Origin: Dicyema japonicum
Taxonomy: Eukaryota; Animalia; Dicyemida
NCBI GenBank assembly: GCA_011109175.1
Contig: RDEW01000012.1
Location: forward strand, 660,184 to 700,589
Direction: 5' to 3'
Length of the DNA stretch: 40,406 nucleotides
The notes under the pieces were generated by a model that saw only the letters and a program-made list of their open reading frames with translations, made no database searches and was not told the DNA's origin. Positions 33,031-40,406 of the stretch are shown in pieces. The translations under genes and the position numbers were made by a program. Numbering within the stretch: position 1 is the stretch's first letter; each line of letters starts with the position of its first letter.

Positions 33031-35497
33031 CAGGGGTTCTCAACCTGGGGTCGATTCGACCCCCAGGGGTCTAAAATCAATCCAGATCGATCGTAAGGGG
33101 GTCGAAAATATATTTAATCTTTTTCAATTTAAATTAAGTTAGTTTATTTTTAAAGTGGTAAACCTTTGTTCTTTAAAATTTTTAAAATTACCATGCTTGT
33201 TTTTGTTCGTGTATGGTATGAGTCTTTTTTCTACATTAAAAATTCGTCAATATAAAAATGAATATTTGTCATTTGGATTTATAAAAAAATTATTTTAATT
33301 AAACTGTCCAAATTGTTGGATCATCTTAGGAGAAAACATTCTGATAAAAAAGATAAACCATTATTTTGAAGAATTAAAGGATTCTTTTCGTAAACAAAAA
33401 AAACGATTGACACTGTTTTTACAAATATTAGTGAAAGAAACAATAGTCGTATTTATTTTAAATTATATTTAGGAGGACTAATTGCATCCTATAAAATTGC
33501 AATGATTATTGCCAAAAATGAGAGTTCCCATGTTTCTGGTGAAAATCTAATCAAACCATCTATCAGTGATTCTATCAGATCTTATGGGTTTAAATCTTGA
33601 CGAAATTTTAAAATCCGTACCAATTAGCAATGATTCAATTCGCCGCAGGATTGACGAAATGGCAGATAATGTTGAACATATTTTATGTGAAAGGCTTAAA
33701 AATACTATTTTTTCGCTTCAAATTGACGAAAGTCATATATGTCTAATGGGATATGTCAACCAATCAATTCTAATGGGATATGTCAGGTTAATCTTATTAG
33801 AAGCTTACCCCTTAAGATATTTTGAAGATCATGCTCTTCTTACTGATAAGACTGAATTTTCTATTTTTTCCGTAGTCAAATTATTTTTGGATGACATGAA
33901 GATTCCATATGTAAATTTGGTTTCTTGTGCCACAGATGGCAATGTCTATGGTTGGAAAATATAAAGGATTTGCGCCATATTTGAAAAAAAATATGTCCAA
34001 ATGTGATTCATGTACATTGCGTTCTACATAGATAACATTTGGTTTCAAAAGCTCTTTCGCCAATTCTACATGAAACGTTAAATATAGTTATTAAAACCAT
34101 AAACAAAATTAAAGCAAACAGCAAGTATGACCGTCTATTTAAAAAATTTTGCTATGAGGCTAAAGAAACATATGTCCGTCTTGTGCTTCACACTGAGGTT
34201 ATAGTTTCCAATTTTATCATAAACAAAATTAAAGCAAACAGCAAGTATGACCGTCTATTTAAAAAATTTTGCTATGAGGCTAAAGAAACATATGTCCGTC
34301 TTGTGCTTCACACTGAGGTTATAGTTTCCAATTTTATTTTACAGATACGATGGTTATCAAAGGGAATTCCATTAGAACGATTTTCAATATTATTTGACAC
34401 AATCGTAAATTTTCTTACTTCTGATAGTGAGAAAAATTTAGCAGATTTAATTGTATCGAAAAAGAAAGAAATTGTTTATTTGACTTGGATTTTTGGAAAA
34501 TTTAATAAAGTTCATTAGAACTTCAGAGAAAGTATGTGACGTTAATAGATTGTAAAAGAATTATTCAAATATTTATCGAAAAAATTAAGTTGCATAAATA
34601 TATGGAAAATTTAATAAAGTTCATTAGAACTTCAGGGAAAGTATGTGGCGTTAATAGATTGTAAAAGAATTATTCAAATATTTATCGAAAAAATTAAGTT
34701 ATATAAATATATTTTGAAAAAAAGAAATTATTATAACATTCCCGAATTCTACTCAATTGGTCAAACATTTGATGATGAAGATATTAAAAATTTTTTGCAA
34801 CATTTATTAAGTATAGAAAGATTTGATTCTTCGATTCCAAGATATTCTTGAATTAGAAATTCCATCTTGGATGATTAATCCGTTTTTGTCAAAGCCAGAA
34901 GAGCATAAAGAAATTATTAAATAGGAATTAGTTATGTTAAAATTCAATCCAGAATTAAAACTATATTATAATGATTCACAATCACCTTTTATTTTTTGGC
35001 AAAATATGAAAGTGAAAGAGAGTTATCCAAAATTGTGGACAGAAATAGCACAATTGCTACTCTATTTTCCGACATTATACTGTGTTGAATGCGGATTTAG
35101 CATTCTACATCGAATTGTAAATAAAGAACGAAACAGATTGGATGTGTCCATTAGAGGAGATCTTCGTTTTAAAATAACACAAATAGAGCCAGATATCGAA
35201 TCAGCGGTCAAAAAACATCAGTCATAGGGATCCCATTGTTCTTTAATTTTTTTATTATATATTTATACTAAGATAAATCTATAACATCGAGTATATACTT
35301 TTTTTGTTTTATTTGATTATTAACAATGAATCCATTTTAGATAGTTAACTAATTTTACTTAGAATTATCTGTTAAATTAATTAATTTTACTTAAAATTAT
35401 CTGTTCAAAATAAAAAAGTTTTAAGGGGTCGAGTAAATATTAGGGGGGTCGAAAAAAAAGTCAAGGNCGACGAGTAAAAAAAGCTTGAGAACCCCTG
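33031..35497 (+). mobile_element. hAT (Buster/Charlie-type) transposon copy 2 with perfect 8-bp TSD, pseudogenised
   Basis: TIR CAGGGGTTCTCAACCT / AAGCTTGAGAACCCCTG; TSD GTCTACAG (33023-33030 and 35498-35505, central TA). HTE|IRWLSKG and FPTLYCVECGFS motifs. Candidate introns at 33446-33472, 33787-33816 and 34318-34344. Tandem duplications of 120 bp (34098) and 109 bp (34494). Confidence 0.95.
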
Positions 35498-35870
35498 GTC
35501 TACAGAATCAACTCTGTACACCAGAAAACCTATAAGTATGCTTTGCTCACCTAATGGATCAACAGTCGACTCACTTGTCATGTAAGCTAAGACCCGTTGT
35601 CTTGGTTTTGGATTTCTTCGCGTTTGTGAGGAAATGGAAACCCGCTTCGCATGATAATTTCCATTGTAAGAGAAAACGGATTGATGGGAAATTCCTCTCA
35701 CCGATCGGATTTCTCTGCAAGATCGAGAAAAGGCTCTTCCAGAAAGTAGTGGGGACAATGAAAAATCACAGATGTCGAATGGCACAATTGATTGCGGGGA
35801 CTGGGATCACATAACTGTTTGACTCGGTTGTCTTTCTTTCTCGGTGTTCCGGGGGTTCTTAAAATAATTA
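35498..35870 (+). mobile_element. 3' end of the LINE split by the hAT
   Basis: Homologous to 10350-10742 and 17042-17415. Confidence 0.85.
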
Positions 35871-36958
35871 AATATAAATTTCATCATAAGTTCCATCAAT
35901 CACATTATGATCTAACAATAAACTAAATTATACTTAAAGAATATTTTGAATGTAAAATAAATATAAAAATTAAAGCCAGCATTAACAAATTATACAAACA
36001 TCATATATAAAACCAGCAGCATAAAAGGAATTCATACACAAATCGTTAACACAATTATTAATATATTTTTGTTGCTTTTGAGTTCTTAAATTGGATATAC
36101 AAGTTACTCAATTCGATTCATGGTCGGGCTGCTATTACATTAAATGTCTAATTAATTTCATATTATGTCTCCCGGTGTAATAAATAAATGGATTTGTTTT
36201 TCTATCACATGAGTCTATTGTTGAGAAACCACCTGTGTAGATAGCCTCTCTCCTTCCAACCTTGTTATGACAGCGACTAACCCAGGGTCTGCTTCGAGAA
36301 GGCTGAGACCCTAAAGGTGAAAACATACGCATCTCTCGATGGACAATTCATTTTTTAATAGTATCCCTGGAAACGTCTGTCATCGTGGAATTTTAAAGAA
36401 AGCATGTCATTGATTCTGCTAGACACAATCAGATTGCTCATTGCGAAGATGAAAAATGATAAGGAGTTAAAAAATAAATGATAAATTCAAAATCATTATA
36501 CTGCAAAATCGATTGTTACAATTAATATAAAAGTTGCTCAATTTTGATATCATTGAGCTAAGCGATCTTAAAGATAGACCTTTTAAGGCCTTATGACTGC
36601 ACACGTCTCGGCGACAACTTATGAAATCTAGTCAGAGGGTGATGTATTTTGTTATTTAAAGCGAATACTAGCAATGCCTCTTAAGCATTCAATCAGGAAT
36701 CTTATAATTTTGAATGCAAAAAGTGTATGCAGATTTCACATTGCGAATCAGATTTTCCAGAGAGATTAGAAAAACTGTGATCTTTTCTGTGAGTATCAAT
36801 ATTCAGGATATCTGAAAAAGAGTTGAATGTGCAGAATACCTTAACTACTTAAGTGAGAAAACAAGAAAAAGCTACTTGGATAAAAATAATTAATGAAATT
36901 AGTATGTAGCGTGCTTGGGAGAATTTAAATAGAGAAAAAATGAGAAAATTAATAACAG

Positions 36959-38231
36959 TTAAAGAATAGGGACATATACCAGTTGTCTTATCATATTTCG
37001 GCGCTTAATAACAAATGCGACGACTCCGATGATTGTAAATGTTATAACAGTGAGTGTAAGTCCTATAATTATATACATTTTTGAATGATTAGAAAGTGTA
37101 TTTTTTCTAAAAGAATTTATTTCATAACACTTCGACTCTAAATTCGGAAAAAATCAAACCTTTTCCAATATAACTGAATTTAGAATCATCCTGAAGAATT
37201 TGTACCTTAAATTGTGAAAATTCACCATATATGTTATCAGAAAATTTAGTGAGAGACATTTCGAATTTACAAGAATTTCCAACATCAATCAATTTGTAAT
37301 TAGTAGGACTCCAAGACCCATTATTGATTTTATTGATGATTAACTGAATTTTGGACATATTATATTTGTTTTGAGACAAAATAAATGTAAAATGTATTTT
37401 AAATATCCTTTCTCAAGAGATAACTCAACACTATTTTTATCAAAATTAATCTTCGTTTCAAAATACTCGAAAAAAATTGAGAAATCATTAATCTAATATT
37501 TAAATATACAATTTACTATTTTAACTTCGTTATTGTGACTATTAAATGCCCACTTAATATAGCTTTCAGTCGATTTTTCGGAATAAAATACCAATATCGA
37601 TCATTTGGATCGTTTGATGGATCACAGTCATGTGCTGAATAAAACTATCTCAAACCTTTCCCAATAATATGTGAATATGAGTGATTAGTGTAAAATTCTA
37701 TTGCCAAAGAATATAATGTGAGAATATTACCATTCTCAAAAAATACGGATACATATCCGCATCTGTAATAATCTCCATGTTTAATATGCGGAAGATATGT
37801 TGTATTTGTATAAATTTCATTATCTTTATGTGTTAACTATTTAATACTAGAATTTAATTTTATTTTTATTGAGATGTTGTAAAATTCGTCATGTTTAATA
37901 TGCGGAAGATATGTTGTATTTGTATAAATTTCATTATCTTTATGTGTTAACTATTAAATACTAGAATTTAATTTTATTTTTATTGAGATGTTGTAAAATT
38001 CGTCTGAGAATTCAATAAAAAATTGGTAGATCAAGTTATTCTTTTTGATTGTAAATGACAATTCATCTTTAAAAAAATCGAAAATACTTACAATTGAATT
38101 ATCGTTTGTCTACCATTATTATTTATAAAATACATTTTAATTGTACTTTTCAATAAACTTTTAAAATATATTGACGTTCTATAAATAAAATCGAAATTCG
38201 TTATTGAGAACAAAAATATTAACAACAACAT
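36959..38231 (-). pseudogene. LAMP-like paralog 3, frameshifted
   Basis: Same five intron positions as copy 1 (last intron 22 nt). A 10-nt deletion before intron 4 shifts the frame. 114-bp tandem duplication at 37776-38004. Confidence 0.8.
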
Positions 38232-38481
38232 AAATATGTAAAATGAACACGTCGATGTGTATAATTCAGGTCAATTGTTATATTGATGAATTTATTTTAA
38301 ATAATTTAAATAAATGATATTTATAATGATTTTATATTAAAAACTAAGTAGATTATAGTCGTTGTGGTGTTGTCATGTCCGTTTCTAAACATACAGAGAA
38401 ATCGAATCCTATGGGCCTTCATGAAAATCAAATAAAGAAGATAGTATAGTAGAAGCAGGACCGTCGTTTGTGGAATGAATA

Positions 38482-38910
38482 ATGTTACAAGAACTAATAT
38501 CAACATCGTTAGGAATATTGCTGCCCAAACAAATTTGCATTCACTATCTGCCATTAATGAAAAGGTGTACTGTGTCTCTGAAGATGGGTGGGTATCTCAG
38601 ACTTTTTCTCGGCACGAAACGAAGATTTGGAAAGATACCTAGAGGTGGCTGGCACCTCGTATTTAAAAAGTTCAATGAAAAATACTCCAAGAGTTCCAGT
38701 CTATGTCAGCTAAAAAAGATGCTGAAACCTGAAAATCGGAATAACAATGTAAAAGGAGGCGAATGTTTCAAAGTGCAAAATAATACTAATATGGAAATTT
38801 TCACCTTCAGAAATGAGGAACTGAAAGTACAAATTGAGAAAATAAAGTCAATTCCGAGGGATACTCGAAAACCAACACCCAAAATTAAGAGAAAGTATGT
38901 CAGAGTTAAA
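38482..38910 (+). mobile_element. ORF fragment, possibly the N-terminal region of an R4-like LINE protein
   Basis: Lys-rich ORF with GWHLVFKKFNEKY and IEKIKSIPRDTRKPTPKI. Weak motif resemblance only. Confidence 0.3.
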
Positions 38911-39834
38911 CCCCACGTTCGTTTTGTCATCACATTCAATGCGAATAGGTCAGGTCTCCTATATGATTTTTCAACTGTCACATCAATGAACATTTACCCT
39001 GGTTTTTTAAGGAAAGGAAAAAATGCCCCCATGTAGTGGTCATCATAATTTACCAGAATGCACACAAATTATAAGTCAGAGATAACCTTGATCGACTGGG
39101 GGATAAACTATTGGATGGTCGGGTGTTTTAGAATCTCGTAAAGAAATGTGGAAATGCTTACTTAGTTCCTAATTTAGGCAATGTTGTGAGAATATTCAGA
39201 GACGTCAAAATGGCACAAAGATCATTGTTCTAGGATCGCTGGGTTAAAATGTCTTCAGTTAACTAAATGAGAAGAGGAAGACTGATACTGGCGAGGACAA
39301 GCATTCTGTACTGGTCTCCCTATTGGAAATAGTGTCAGCTCATATTTTTAGGAGTTTTATCTAAGATCGTTTTATAAAAAATTGGTTGTAAGTTGACTGC
39401 CCCTAGGAGCGGGTACGTCGTGGTTTTTGTATGTAGCCAGACGTCACAGCTTCTTCAAATGAATCGATTTCCCGCTTATTCTCGAATAATTTTTGCATAC
39501 AAGCCACTAGTCGCCCCTGAGACAAATGGACCAACTGATACCTTTCTAGAATTTGAGTAAATCACAGAGCAGAAATGAATTCTTCTTGAGATTCTCTAAT
39601 TAAAAGTATAAGAAAATCTGTTGCATGTCGTCTGAGATGAAGCTGATTTATTGGTTTCTTTATACTGCAATATTTCCACTTTTTGAGTAATTAAAAGTCT
39701 GGTGTAGCCTCTAACGGAACATGCTTGCTATAAATTTTTTAAATTTTTAATATTTTTTTAAAAAAATAAAAATAATTTTTAAAAATGTTATCAAATTTAA
39801 GAGTGGCATGTTTGAAAGAGTTTACTGTATAAGG

Positions 39835-40406
39835 CAGAGCTTTTCAAAAAATAATTCTCGCGGCACACTAATCGTAAAAAAAATCCACGGCAAACATTAA
39901 AAAATAAAAAATTAAATTTTTAAGAAGTGCAAAACTAAAATTGGAAATTTAATGCCCAAATTTTTATTAATATAAAAATGAAATCTTAATTATTATAGTT
40001 TTGCATATATCATCAATATCAGGTCGAATAATTGACAAAGCCACCCGCATTTCAGCATCAATGTTTCTCAAACTTTCATGTTTGTTATATTTCATATTAT
40101 GCATCGTAGAAAAACCTGTTTCGCATAAATAGGTCGTTGAAAACTGTAAAATTATGGTCAGTGCTTGTTTTGATAAACTGGGATATATGTTTCGAATATA
40201 TAGAGAATTCTCCAATGTCTGACTCCGTCATCATTAATTTTAAGGATCGATCATTAAACAGTGCAATAAGTTCTACATTTTCTTTAACGAATAAGTGTTT
40301 TGATTCTGACACAAGAAAAGGATTTCGTATCTAAAAAATATTTAAAAAATAATAACCCAATCGAATTTTTCAATTTCTAAGTCTGGAAAATAAGCATCAA
40401 TTTTGT
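39835..40406 (-). mobile_element. Second hAT/Buster family, 3' end (runs off the window)
   Basis: TIR cagagcttttcaaa..tcgcggcacact with flank gtataagg (central TA). C-terminal dimerisation motif YPSLSKQALTIILQFSTTYLCETGFS. The W|IRNPF motif is split by a 26-nt intron (40331-40356). Confidence 0.88.

Overview
AT-rich, repeat-dominated eukaryotic scaffold with three N-gaps (4690-5634, 31081-31270, 31644-32491); no prokaryotic features. Most of the window is decayed transposable elements: several non-LTR retrotransposon families (Jockey/I-like RT, CRE with REL endonuclease, R4/Dong-like, an RTE-like 3' end), a tRNA-headed SINE family with TSDs, a Ginger-type integrase DNA transposon, two hAT/Buster families and a FLYWCH-Mutator derivative. 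These sit in a mosaic of direct and inverted segmental duplications. Host genes: a triplicated LAMP-like type I membrane glycoprotein gene (minus strand; copy 1 intact), a Max-like bHLH-ZIP gene and a Di-Ras/Rhes-like small GTPase. The main result of manual reading is that this genome uses ultra-short (20-30 nt) spliceosomal introns, which the ORF track cannot see. Removing five 21-24 nt GT-AG introns gives a complete 351-aa LAMP-like ORF. The DNA transposases (Ginger, two Buster families) carry 24-30 nt GT-AG introns that interrupt conserved motifs, whereas the retroelement coding fragments show none. The window also holds at least 11 tandem duplications of 85-157 bp. Animal-type genes plus tiny introns suggest a reduced, fast-evolving metazoan parasite such as a myxozoan or dicyemid. 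That assignment is inference. All homology calls are by motif recognition, not database search, and no intron has transcript confirmation.
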